Positions 1-12,379 of a DNA stretch of 64,000 nucleotides are shown here, one piece after another. The stretch is from Vicugna vicugna (lineage: Eukaryota): assembly GCA_013265495.1 (NCBI GenBank), contig MU058636.1, positions 5,305,741 through 5,369,740 of the forward strand. Direction: 5' to 3'. Each line of letters opens with the position of its first letter. Within the stretch, counting starts at the first letter, position 1. Both the position numbers and the translations under genes were made by a program. The notes beneath the pieces are model-generated. The model was not told the origin of the DNA, did no database searches, and worked only from the letters and a program-made list of their open reading frames with translations.

Positions 1-1270
1 AAATAAAATACAATGACCTTAAAACTTATTTGGAAAAATAAAGAGCTCAAGAATAAAATGCATTAAAAAGACTAGTGAGTGCAGACATTAAAACTTACTA
101 TAAAGCCACTATAATCAAATATAAGGCATTGGTTTTTGAAATAAATAACCATAGTTGAGGAATTGAATGGAAAACCTCAAAATAGATTGCAAAATACACG
201 CTATTTTAACCTATCATGAAGCTGATATTTCGATTCAGTGTGAGAAGGAAGATGCTGGCTCAACTGACTACCCATCTGGAAGAAAATAGAAATGTACACT
301 TTCCTCTACATGTATAGAAATCAATTCCAGATAACTGAAGACTTCAAAGAAAGAATTAAATATAAACATAAATCAATGAATAGATGGATGAATGAATTAC
401 TTAAATTGCAGAAGAAAATCTAGGAGCCAATACATAAAACTTAGGGTTTATGGCGACTGTTCTTAACCAAGATAAGAAACCAAAAGCTATAGAAAATTTA
501 AACACGGTCAATGAGAAATTAGAGTTAAAAACAGATTTGCATTACAGATAATTAAAGCAAAGTTAATATCTTTAAAATACTAAGCATTCTTACTAATGGG
601 CAACAAAAATAGAAAATAGATGTGAATGGACAACTTACCCAAAAGAGGATATAATGGCCATAAACATATGGATACTCAGAATTACCAGTAATTAAGGAAA
701 TGCAAATTAAAGGAACAATGCAATATCCTTTTATAACCGTGTAGTTAACAAAAACATAATAGAACAAAACCACTCTCTTCAGAGGAGAGGAAGTAGAGGA
801 AAATGTATGGTCATACTTTGCGGTGAAATGTTAATTGCAATATAGCAATACCTTCTGAAAATAAATATTCACATACACTTCGATCCACCAGTCAAAACTA
901 TTCCAAAGAAATAAAAATATATAATAATGTAAGTTTATAAGAATATATGTTTATTATTATTACAGCATTATTCATACAGCTAAAATTCTGAAACAAGTGA
1001 ATCCCCATGGAAGAATGGTTGAATTAACCTTCAAAATAAAATTTTTAAAAATTTCATAAAATATCATGCAGCCATTAAATAGGATGAAGTATAGCAAAAT
1101 AGTTAGGATTTCTATGATGTATTATGGAGTGAAACATCTAGCTACAGAGATGTACTGTATTTCTGTAAATAACACTAATAAACAATGATTAAAAGATGTC
1201 ATGTGTCTGTGTTTGTGAATGTGTATATTTGTTTGTAACACTGGGTTGTTAACATAGGCTACTTAGTGTG
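1..1270 (+). mobile_element. Old degenerate LINE-1 (L1M/L1ME-like ORF2 3' end and 3'UTR)
   Basis: A-rich, with diverged L1 ORF2 phrases (CAGACATTAAAACTTACTATAAAGCCACTATAATCAAA; GGAAATGCAAATTAAA). Boundaries approximate. Confidence 0.75.
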
Positions 1271-4200
1271 TCTTAGGAAGAAAGGGAGGAAGGAAGGAAG
1301 AAAAGAAAGAAAGAAGGAGAGGAAGGAACTGAACTATTTAAAAAGCCAGTGTGATCCCTATTTATGTTGTCTTCCTGGAATAATAAAAAGTAAAAGAATG
1401 CCAGCCTACTAGTAGGCAAGCTTCCAGTCACTTTTTAAGCAACCTGACTTTTCTCCCTTATTGTTCCCATAACTCCTATTCTGCCAGCAGTTGTGTTCCA
1501 CTCGGCACACTGGGGAGAGTTCTTTTTCATCTTTCCAGCCTGTTAAATAAACACGGGAGCTCCACGTTTCCTCATCGTTCCATTTGTCAGGTTGTGTTCA
1601 AGCCACAGGAAGAGAGAGACCCTCGCACAGCCATTCTGCCACGCTTGACAGTTTAATGAACCTGCTGACTGTCGCACCAGCTTCGTATTATTAAATATTT
1701 TAATAAAAGGAAAACCAGAAATCTATACACGGGAACGTCTGAAGAACTACATTTATCTTAACTCCTGGAGTTACAGCACGTTAGGAAGAGAAGCAGGGAT
1801 GGTGCCTGCAAAAAGCTTTGCAATGATAACTCTTGACCCTGGGAATGCCAATAAAACTGTGAGACCAAATCTCCAAGGCCAGCTAGTCACTGGGGGAATA
1901 AAGAGCGTCTGCAGTGGCTGTTACTGACTTCTCCAGGCTCCGTCAGATGCCGTCCTGCTGCACTATTTCCCCTCCGCCCCTGACTTTCTCCTCCCTGTTG
2001 GGTAATTCCTCCTGCCCAGGCCATCATCTGTCTGCCTGGTTTCCTTGAGTTTTGTCTTATGATTTTCGAAGACCCACTCTCTCTCCTTACTGATAGATCG
2101 CATGGTTAGTTTAAACCCATTGTTACATTAACTAACCTTTAAAGTAAATATACCTTTTAATGACTCTTGGTAGAGCTCTTTGAAGGGAGACTCAGGCTCT
2201 CAAAGCTAAAAGGATAGGATGGATCCAGCCCACACTGGCTGAGGGGTCACTCTTTTATCTGAGTTTTCCTCTGCAAACGCTCTCATCTCAAACGCGTATC
2301 ATGCTCCCTCCCTGCCTGTCTCTAGTCTCAGTATCCTGGGATGAACCCTTTTTGACTGTTAGAAACAGAAAACAATTCATGGAATTACTTTGGTGCTCCC
2401 ATTAATATGGAAGGGTGGAGGGTCAAGTCTGAATATTTGAGAAAAACTTTCCTAGTTTGTCCTAAAAAAAAAAAACACCAAATAAAAAAACCCACCAGGC
2501 TTTGGGAAGTTTCAGGTTTCTCAGAAACTGCATTTGACATGCTGCTAAGAACTGTTCTGTTCCTGTAGAGACGGGGCAATTATGGGAAAGTATTTCTGGG
2601 AGCACGGCCACATTAAACAAAGACAACAAAAGACTCCCCGGTGAATTTTGCCACTTTGCATGACCCCCTCCTTGATCCGAGTTTCAGAGACATTAAAATA
2701 CCACTAAGAAGAATGGCTGCCACAATTTAAATTTGCATCAGGATGCTTTGAGCGTCAGCTCTTTGAAGACAGCTGGGTTTTGAGACTGCGGTTATAAAGG
2801 CACTGACAGTTTGTGAGTCCTCAGCGGCCCTCAGTCGTCTACTCCTGAGGCCTCTACCATAATCTGTGGGCTCTTATTGAGGATGTACAATCATGCAAAT
2901 GTCCAATAGGGTTGGAAATTATGATTCTTTAAAACTCCCTGTGCTCTGCTAGGGCGTTGCCTGACGTCTCCGCCACTCAGACGCTCAGGGAGGCACCTGG
3001 TGGAGTGGAGTGGGGTGCAGTGATGCTCTCTGTGACTTGGAAGCCCTTTCTAAGGCTTTTTCATGCTTCCTTCTTCTCCCCAATCCCTCCATGCACATTT
3101 AGATGTGCTGCTCTGCTCTAAGGACCAAGAACAGCTTCCAACACAGGGTGCATTATCTCCCCATGGGCGCCCTGCATGGGAGTGAAATCACCTTCAGAAG
3201 GTTGCTGCTCAGTGAGCACAGAACAGGAGTTGGTGAGACAGAGGAATGGGATGCTGGTGGGCTGTGTCTCCTCAGGGGGAGGCACTGACAGGAGAAGGAG
3301 ACTGGGAGCCCGCGGGCCCAGATGCTCTCTTTCCCAGGCAGGCCTACCCGATGGGCGTTCTTAGTGTCCATTCTTGTGTTCCCAGGACGGTTCAACTGCC
3401 CCTCTGGGCAGAACATTCTTCTTGGTTTTACAGAACCAGCTTCCAGTCACTTTGAGCTGGGAGACTTTTTGCTGTTTTAAAGTGTCTGTACTTCTCTGCT
3501 GGGCCCCCCGGGTGTGCCTCTCAAGGGTTCCCCACTACGTGTCTATGTTTGAGGGGCCCCCAGCACAGAGCCCCCCCCCCGCCCCAGTATTGCTCAGTGT
3601 CTCCAGCTGGGAGGGGATGCATTTGACTTTCTGCTCTCCTGTTCTTCTTAATTAAATCTACTGACTGGTCCCAGGGCAGATGTGTTCAGTTAGCACGGTT
3701 CTCTTACTCACTCATAGGGTGGCACCTAGAAAAGGCACAGCGAGCATGAGAAAGCATGAGTCACAGCCCAAGGGGATTTCAGATGAGAGTCCAGGGAGCA
3801 GAAATATGCTGCCCATCTCACCCTCTTCACTGCTTCTTACAAGCACGTGGTCAGTGGCCATGTCCCTTGGCAATTTATAAAGGCCGTAACTTACACAGTT
3901 ACAACTCACTCTTGGCTTAAAAAATGTACCAGTCAGTCAGTGAGAAAAAGAGCGATGGGGAACAGTCCCCTGCAGCGGGGGTACGGAGAGCTGGGCGGTG
4001 GGATCGCCTGCCTGGAGCCCAAGGAGAAGGGGGTTCATGATTGCATCACCTGTGAATTTAAAAACTGAAGAAAATCGACTAAAATTTGATCTGCTTTTTA
4101 TTAGCATCATGGGCTGGCAATTTTAAATAATTTCAGTGAGATATTTTATTGCTCCACTGCAGTTATTGCCGAGTTTTGGTAAAACATACGTAAGCTTCCA

Positions 4201-5959
4201 ATTAGCATATTTGATGATATATTCTTTGATAAGCCTTTTATTCTACAAGGAGGTGAACTCGAAAACTCTCAGCCCCTGGCACAGGCAGACTCGGCAACGC
4301 TGTTTCAATAGTAAGAAAATAAGCAAGAGCAGGTACCAGTTTGGAATTGTTCTCCTTGCTGTGGGCAAAATTCAGTTCCTATTTCCAACCCTTTGATTGT
4401 TTGGACTGTAGATTTGAAATAAACAATGAGTGTTTGTAAAAAAGAAAAAGAGAAAGAATGAGACCTCAAGTGAATTGAATTCTGTCATTTCCTGTGATCC
4501 ACTGGAACTTCTGATTTTGCTTTAAGTTTAAAACAGTGAACAAGATTTAAATCTGAATGACTTTGCTCCCACTAAGATGGCTATAATCCAAATGGTGGAT
4601 CGTCACAAGCTGACAAGGATATGGAAGAATTGGATTCCTGATGGATTGTTGGCGGGAGGGTAAAATGGGGCAGCCACTTCGGAACGTAGTTTGGTAGTTT
4701 CTTAAAATGTTAAACAAAATGTAATGTATGGTCCAGCACTTCCACTCCTGGGTATCTATCTATAAGAAGTGAATCGCTGTTATTTTACCACATTCTGTTC
4801 CTTAGAAGCAGGTCACTAAATACAGCCCACACTCAAGGAGAGGGAATTAAGCTCCATCTCTTGAAGAGAGAGGCCAAATAATTTGTGGACATATTTTTAA
4901 ACCACACTATGAACCAGTGTTTGGTTTACATTGTTAGGGAACTACTTTTCAGGAGGGAGGTGTTTATGGTTGGAGAGTTGAGGATGCTCTAAGGAAGGAA
5001 TCTTTCTGCTTTCCTTTCATCTTCTATCCATGTAATATCCACGGCAAGCACAGGCCTGTCCCTTCCTAGTCTTTATTCTTGCACTGAATATGCCTTTTAC
5101 AAGTCTTTCTTTTATTGCTATTGTTTATTTGTTGCTGTCCTCAATACATTCTGAGATCTCAGTACATTCTTGGCTTCAGACTTCCTGACACTGCCCTTGA
5201 ATCTGTTCTTGAAATTTTGCCCTGTTTCTAGGAAACAGGGCATAATTTTAATGGCGTGAGATAATTTTAATGGCATGAGATACTGTTACCTCGTAGGGCT
5301 GAGATCTTGGTCATCTCTTACCCGTGATCCCTCTCCCCCAGGCTTGGAAGGCTCTCTATGCACAGAAACAATAGCGGAAGGAAATCAGAAGACATCTTTA
5401 TTGATAGCTGTGCCAATGTCTGAGAGTTATAGTAAAGGGCTCCCACTGCCTTTGAACCTAAATCTTAGGACTGAGCAGGCCCCGTGTGCCACGGGCCTGG
5501 GCAGGGGATCCATCGGCACATTGGTTGTACTGACCCGCCCAGCTGTGTGCGCAGAGGAAGGCGCACGCACGATGGGTGCCACCTGGCAACGCTGGGACCA
5601 TGTCCAAACAATGTCATGGACCTCGGTGAGTCACATTAGCATCTCCCCTCCCCTAGCAGGTGCTGCGGAGGGCTGGACAGAGTAGCCTGGCTAGAGAGAG
5701 AGCGTGGTGGTCCCTTCCTGATGTCCCGCTCGCTGTTTCCAAGCCCGGCCTCACCAGAGGGCCTGCTGGGCAGCCCCACTGTCTTAGTGTCTTCTTCATG
5801 ATGGAGGCTATTGCAGTTACACTCAGAATGTCACCTTTAGAAGATCTGCGCAGCCAACTCCTGCCCCAGGTGCTCTCACAGACAGCATAGCTCCCTGACT
5901 TCCGCACCAGATCCTTGATTTCATTATCCTCTTCCACATGAAGGGAAGCAGTAGAGCAC

Positions 5960-6180
5960 ACTCAGATTGCCTGGGTTTCAGTCCTGGTTGGGTGATTTCA
6001 GGAAAGTTACTTATCCCTTCTGTGCTTAACTTACTCTTCTAAGAAACAGAGATAATAGTATCTATTTCTTTGGGTTGTTGTGAGGATTGATCCACAAAAT
6101 GCATTTACATACGTACGTATAAGTGAGTGTGTATGAAAAGTCCTGGGTAAACAGCAGGACCTCAATGCACACAGCTATTG
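5960..6180 (+). mobile_element. MIR SINE (representative; other MIR/L2 remnants near 9050-9240, 15230-15480, 16330-16580, 18330-18480, 25840-26040, 38550-39010, 44540-44640 and 46075-46280)
   Basis: MIR core-like GTGATTTCAGGAAAGTTACTTATCCCTTCTGTGCTT...GAGATAATAGTATCTATTTCTTTGGGTTGTTGTGAGGATT. Confidence 0.65.
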
Positions 6181-8109
6181 TCGCCTCCCTACGTTTTCCT
6201 TAAGGGGGAGTTTGTTTCCTTAAGGGGGAGTTTGTGGCTGCTGATAATCTGAAACCTTAGCTCTTTATCAGGGAGTCGGAAGGTTCCTGGGATGTTTGCA
6301 CTGCTAGATGTGAAGCTCTGGTTCACGGCTGTTCCCCTCACCAGGCTTCAGATCCCACTTGGAGAATGTGGGGTGGACTGCCAGCCTGCCTGCTGCCTCT
6401 CCTGGCCTTGAGTCCTTTGTTGCATTTCAGCGACCTTCACCACACCCTGGGAAATACCGCCGCTAGACAGTCTCTGCCCGAGTTGCACTGCCCACGTGAT
6501 GTCACCTCCAGTCTATTTCCGATCTCTGCATAACATCTTGACAATGGAATGTGGGAACATGAAGAGCTGTTCGTTTTACACTCCCCAGTCCTTGAGCAAA
6601 AATTACAAGGTGTCCTTCTGTCTGCTCAGAGAAAGACTGTCCCTTTCTCCTTCTTACTCAGTTCCAAGAAGCAACAGCTGTTGCTGTGTGTACAGTTGTT
6701 TAAAATTCCTTCATTTCATGTAAAGGAGCCTGCTTGATGCTTGCTTTGTGATTGTCTGGGCCCTGAACAGTGACTGAGTCATCAGGACTACAGGGGAGCA
6801 GGGCTCAGTTAAATGTGAATTTTGAGATTTATGGGGAAGATGAGATGGCCACACAGCGGTCTGAAAAGCAAGCAAGGCGGCCCAACTGCTGCTGCATTTT
6901 GTTTGAAACACTGCATTGCTGCTTTGATATTTTTTATGCTTTGTACATACACTGCTGGGGGGATAGAAAACTAAGAAGAAATCTGCTTTCCGTTGCCATT
7001 TCTAAGCTTCTTTTGAGTTGAATGTTCAGTTTTATAAAGTTCTAGAAGAGAAGCCCGGTTCTGGAGTATGTGTTCCTCGTCCCAGCAGGCAGCCCCCGTA
7101 GACCCCAGTGATGGATGGTGTCCTCCTCAGCAGCTGCTCGTTAGAGAGTATATTTCATTTCAGATGATTGGGCAGCTTTATTTCTCCAAAATAATTTGAA
7201 CTGCTCATCTCTATGGAAGTCAGCCCACTCTGTGGTGTAAATAGAATTGAGAGTTATGCCTGTTTCCTTTTTATTTTTCCTGATAGATGAGGGAGCAACA
7301 GAGAAACTGCAGGAACACAAGGAAAACCAATGAATACCCCAAATCCAGCAGTCTTATTTTTTTTGCCTGGTAATCTACAGTTTGGTACTCCCTCACTCGA
7401 CGTCTTCAACTCTTGTCCATTTGGAGTCTGTGGGAAGCCCACCTCCTGTTGCCCCACCAGCCCCAGAAAGGCAGGGTCCCGTCTCCCCTGGCTGCCACCG
7501 CTGGATGTGGGTGCTCCCTTGGGTCTTCCTTGGGCACAGAGTTCCTGACAAAGCTGTGCATTATAGGATTGAGACAAAGTGGATACCACATACCTTCTCG
7601 GGGGCTTCTTCAGAAAATGCTTAATGGGCTTGGAAACCCAAAGAATGGGGGTGGGGATTCTCAGAGAAGAAAAGGTGAGATTCAGACAGTGTTGAAGTGG
7701 TGGAAGGAAGGGCCGGGTGGGAGGAGGCTGCCTAGAAAAGCCCTTCTGAATTCAGGCAAAGCTCCCATCCCTTTCTGTCCCCGGAGCCCAGCACCCAAGC
7801 TTCCCCAGGGAAGGAGGGGCCAAGTGGGGGAAGAGACCCCACCCCCTCCAGCCCTCCAAGAACAAAGAGATCAGGTGACCTTCAGCGTTAGGCTTTTTTA
7901 TGTGGAAGTGTAATTTCAGGCTCTTCTTTATTCCAAAAATAGCTCCCATCTACCTGCTGATGCCTGAATTCCTGTAACAGGAGAGAAAGCCTCAGATGCC
8001 CAATAATGTGATAAAAGGCTCAATTATGCAAATCAATAGTGAAGCAGCTCCGGCTGAAACTCATTCACATTAAAATGTCATCAGTCAGCTTTTCAGCAGA
8101 TGGGATACT

Positions 8110-8870
8110 GATACGCACCGAGGTGGCTGCGTGGACAGGGGCCGGAAAGGGAAGGCGAAGAAGCGCCGTCACAGGCGCCACTTTTCCCTGGGATGGGCCC
8201 AGGTTTAGGGCAACGAACCCACGCGCCTCCAAGGTGTGGTTATCTTCCGGGTCTCCGGGTGGCGCCGCGCGGCCGGTGCGTGGATGAAGGCGGTCTTCGG
8301 CTGAGGCGAGTTCCTCTCGCCCATCGGCGCCTGTTCGACACACTGGGTGCTGGCGCCCGGGGCCGGAGCGAGGCGGGCTGCAGCGGGCGCTCACTGGTCG
8401 CCAGAGTGGGGGCTGAGCGGCGGGTCCCCGCGCGGCGGGCCGAGAGGTCAGAGCCTCCGGGCTCAGGTCTGGGTGCCTGCAGCTTTAAGTTTCGGCCTGT
8501 CTTGTACTTCTCCCCGGTGTGTTGGTTGAATCTGCTCACAAGTGTCACCTGTGGGGATGTAGGGAGGCGCTGGGACCGGTTCCGTAAGCAAGTGTCACGC
8601 GGAGAGCGGGCTCTTCCGTCCCAGGACCCCGCTGCCAGTGTGACCGACGTGTGGGGCCCAGCAGTGAGCTGACAGGGGCGTGGTCGCGGTCAGCAGGGCC
8701 GGGTGTGGGTGTGGGGACGTCCACCGCGAACGCCGCGGGGCCGCGGGGGCTCCTGACTTAACCTGCAGGGCCTGCGGGGGCCCTGCTTTCTGACGGGCTG
8801 GGAGACGCGGCCACCCCCATCAGCAAGTGGACCCTCGGAGGCTTCATTCGACTCCGCTGCTTTTCCTTCA
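8110..8870. promoter_or_regulatory. Orphan CpG island about 3 kb downstream of the STARD13 3' end
   Basis: About 750 bp of GC-rich, CpG-dense, non-repetitive sequence with no recognisable coding exon. Confidence 0.65.
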
Positions 8871-10437
8871 CAGGGAGTAAGTCCCAGCAAACGGACTAAT
8901 GGATCATTCCCACCACTGTAATTTCAGCCACTCCCAGGGAGCTGGAGGGAAAGTACACAGCGTGTCGTTTTGAATAGTTCTCCACTCCAGGCCCTCGGTG
9001 AGCTTTTCCCAGACTGTCTAATGCATCTCCTTCCTCTGTTTTAGTTTTTTCCGGAAAGCTTCCCAAGTCATTTATTTATCTTGTTTCTTGGGTATTTTCT
9101 CCACCAAACCGTAAGTTCCATGCGGACAGGGATTTGTTTGGTCTGTTTTATTCACTGATTTTATTCATTGTTTTATTTACTGAACACCTAGAACAGTGTC
9201 TGGCACATGGTGAGCTCCACACATATGTGTCCAATGAATTAACTAACCCAATTGTCCTATTTTCTGCAAGCAGATGTTCAGCATTTGCTAATTTCAGAAA
9301 CCACTGCATTTAACTTCTTGGAAGACCAGCTAATTCTCCATTCTTTGTGTTATTGGAGAGTTGAAGTAGTCAAAACACAAAATGTAACTTATTTCATTAG
9401 CTTTGGAATACTCTGCACTAGGCTATGACTTTCATTTCTTTGGCTCCTCTTATCTTTATGCCCGGTTCGTTTTAAATACTTATATAATAACGTAGCAGAA
9501 GGTGTCCTAGGAGATGGAGTTTCAGAGCTGAGTAAGACATGGTCCTTGTCCCTAAGAGCTTATAGACTAGGGGAAGAGTTAGATTTATGGCCAAATAACT
9601 AAATGAGATGTGGTTCATGCGATGAAATTAACATATGAAGATGCAAGAGGAATTCAGACAGGTGGTCAGGAAAGTCCATGAGCAAATGATGCCGAAGTAG
9701 GGTTTTGAGGAATCTATGGGCTATCATGTGACCAACAAGATGGGGAGGAGGTCAATGCAAAGTCACAGAGACGAGAAAGAGTGGCTTGTCTCACTGGACC
9801 ACTACCTGTACGGCCAGGAGAGGCAGGGACAACATAGCTCCAGTGAACATGGGACATACCTCCAGCTTTGGGCCCTGGTCACTCTCTTAATGTTTCAGAC
9901 CTGTGTGTCCCGCTGGTGGCTGAGTATCTCCACCTGGATGGTTCATAGTCATTGCAAGCGCTACATGAAGAGTGACCCTCTACCTGACTGGGGTCTGTTT
10001 TACCCCTTTACATTAACTTTCTCAGAAGTCATACGACTGGTTTTTCTGTGGCCAAATATCAAAAGACAGAAGCAGAACAGTTTCATGCCTAAGAACTTCG
10101 TGACGCAGACTCAGAGTCAAGTTTGGATTTCATCTGCTCCAGGGTCCCAGAACCACGCTGGTGCCTGCGGCTGCTAGAATGACAACCATGTTCTCTTCTT
10201 TCACGTAGAAGAGGAAGGGAGCAGTTGAAATTCTTCCTTTGCCTGTGAAAGCGAAACCTTCAGGTAATGGGAGGCGGCATGAGAGTGAGGGGCAGAGAGC
10301 AGAGTTTGGATAATTTTCATGGGGGCATACCATCTTTAGGGCTGCTGTGGCTTTTGTAGCCTGTAGCTGAGAATGTTTGAGGGCACCTGCTTGCTTAATT
10401 AGGGGCTACCTCTGTCATTTCTGAGAAGGAAAACATA

Positions 10438-10777
10438 CAGTCATCCCTGGGTATCCGCAGGGGATTGGCTCAGTTACCAAAATCCAGGGATTGCTCAAGT
10501 CCTTTAATTTATATAAAGCAGTGTAGTATTTGCATATAACCTACACGTCCTCCTGTATACTTTAAATCATCTCTACATTACTCATAATACCTAATACAAT
10601 GCAAATGATATGTAAATAGTTGTAAATACAATGTAAATGGTATGTAAATAGTTGCCGGTATGCTGCAAATTGAAGGGTTTTTTTGGGAACTTTCTGGAAT
10701 ATTTTTTAAAATATATTTTTAATCCACAGTTGGGTGAACCTGTGGATGCAGAACTTGCAGATACAGAGGGCCAGCTG
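10438..10777 (+). mobile_element. MER2-like TcMar-Tigger MITE, full length
   Basis: Terminal inverted repeats CAGTCATCCCTGGGTATCCGCAGG...TTGCAGATACAGAGGGCCAGCTG, with TA on both sides. Confidence 0.85.
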
Positions 10778-10990
10778 TATTTTTTATGGAAATTATGGAA
10801 TATGGAAAATATGGAACATTTTCCATACTTACAGAAAATACGGAAAAAAATTTTTATGGAAAGTCATTCTAAAAACTATTTTCAAAGTTGAAAACTGTAA
10901 AGAAAGAGGCTGAAAGATTTAAAAACATAAACATTTTAGGAATTCGAATAATAAAATAATATTATCAATGTTTAAAAATGTACACTGGCA

Positions 10991-11128
10991 TGGTATGTAA
11001 ATAGTTGCCGGTGCACAGCAAATTCAAGTTTTGCTTTTGGGAACTTTCTTGTATTTGGTTCGAATACTTTTGATTGATGGTAGGTTGAATCCTTGGATGC
11101 AGAACCTGTGGATATGGAGGGCTGACTG
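10991..11128 (+). mobile_element. Second MER2-like element, 3' end only
   Basis: GTAAATAGTTGCCGG...GGATGCAGAACCTGTGGATATGGAGGGCTGACTG resembles 10645-10777. Confidence 0.75.
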
Positions 11129-11542
11129 TGCAGGGGAGGAAGGCAGGGGGCTCAGAGTCAGATACGGCTGTTCTTCACGGTCTAGTGGGGCAGCCGTAAG
11201 TCTCAGTTTCTAGTTCGCTCAATGAAAATGAAATGTAGCTAGAGTTCCTTGAATCTTCCATAAAAATACGACACCTATGTTCTCTAGCTTCTAGATTTAA
11301 GAACAATGAAATGTAAACAAAATCCCTACCCACAGGTTAAGGCACCAAGACTGTTACTGAACGTCTGTAGACAACAATCTTCACTTTCATGTAACTCCTT
11401 ATATTTAAGGGAGATGTTCACTGTGGTACCGAGGAGTCAAACTCATGGCGAGCTGTCTTAGAGAGAAGTCTTCCTTAGGAAGCAGGTTTTCCACCTACAG
11501 GGTGAAGTATGAAAATCAAATTTTATAGAAAAAAAGGATATA

Positions 11543-11563
11543 TTTAATGTATATAAATTTATT
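11543..11563 (-). terminator. Distal polyadenylation signals: AATAAA (11558-11563) and ATTAAA (11543-11548)
   Basis: Plus-strand TTTATT and TTTAAT, followed in transcript direction by a T-run (plus-strand A-run at about 11529-11535); UGUA motifs lie upstream. Confidence 0.65.
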
Positions 11564-11885
11564 TGCCTTGGCAATTATTTATTTACAATTGATGATTGAT
11601 ACCAACAATTGAGGTAAAAATATACATGAGGTATAAATATAATATTAAGGCAATATTATATTTTATTTCCATTGGCAAGATAACAATGAATAAAATACTG
11701 TGGTATTTGACAAACAAGCTTTTTCCTCTTTTTTCTTTTTCTTGTTTTAAAGATGTTCTGTGTTGTTATGCAGCAGTGATGTGATTAATATGTGCATAAA
11801 ATTAAAATGTCAGGTAATTTGAAGAGAAGGGGAGTCAGAAATACAATCATATTTGTTTTCATTCTGTTTTAAATATCCTCTAGGC

Positions 11886-12047
11886 TCTGGCTTCTCAGGG
11901 TGTGATCTCCGGGCCTGCAGTCTGGGCATCCCTGAAGCTGGTTGAAAATGCAGACTCTCAGGCCCACCCCCAACTGCCTGGATCAGAGTCTGCATTGTAA
12001 CAAGATCTCCAGGTGATCCATGTGCCGCTAAGGCTGGAGAAGCCCTG
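11886..12047. mobile_element. MER5A-like hAT-Charlie MITE inside the 3'UTR
   Basis: AAATGCAGACTCTCAGGCCCACCCC...TCAGAGTCTGCATTGTAACAAGATCTCCAGGTGAT; flanked by an 8-bp target duplication CTCTAGG(C/T). Confidence 0.85.
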
Positions 12048-12373
12048 CTCTAGGTGACATACCACCATTTGTCCTTGTGTGCCTGTCATATTTTCCAAAA
12101 ACATAGGGCCCCATCTCTGGAGTAGGACCAGCATTAAGCTAGATTAAAATTCACTTAATGATCTTGTCTATGCCTGTTAAAGTAATCCAGCATTTATAGT
12201 TAAATTTAAGATGCATGGCAGAGGTGAATCTGTTTTGCTCACAGGGCACTGCCCAAATGGAAAATTAGGGGTTTGCCGCCACCTTCTTAGGTAGGCAAGG
12301 AAACAAAAATTCCCAGGTCATAATTCGAACAGTATGATTTTACTTGTACCATACAGAACTCACATATAGCATT

Positions 12374-12379
12374 TTTATT
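12374..12379 (-). terminator. Candidate proximal AATAAA polyadenylation signal
   Basis: Plus-strand TTTATT in an AT-rich stretch of the UTR. Confidence 0.35.

Noticed and set aside
2731..2900. Two octamer motifs (ATTTGCAT at 2731, ATGCAAAT at 2893)
   Set aside because: No snRNA-type proximal element, RNA gene or Sox composite was seen nearby; 8-mers alone are insufficient evidence.
8039..8890. Multiple overlapping ORFs in the CpG island
   Set aside because: Stop-codon depletion is expected from the high GC content, and the products are R/G/P-rich with no domain.
9716..10177. 153-aa ATG-initiated intergenic ORF
   Set aside because: It overlaps L2-like remnant sequence, has no recognisable homology or splice context, and its length is compatible with chance.
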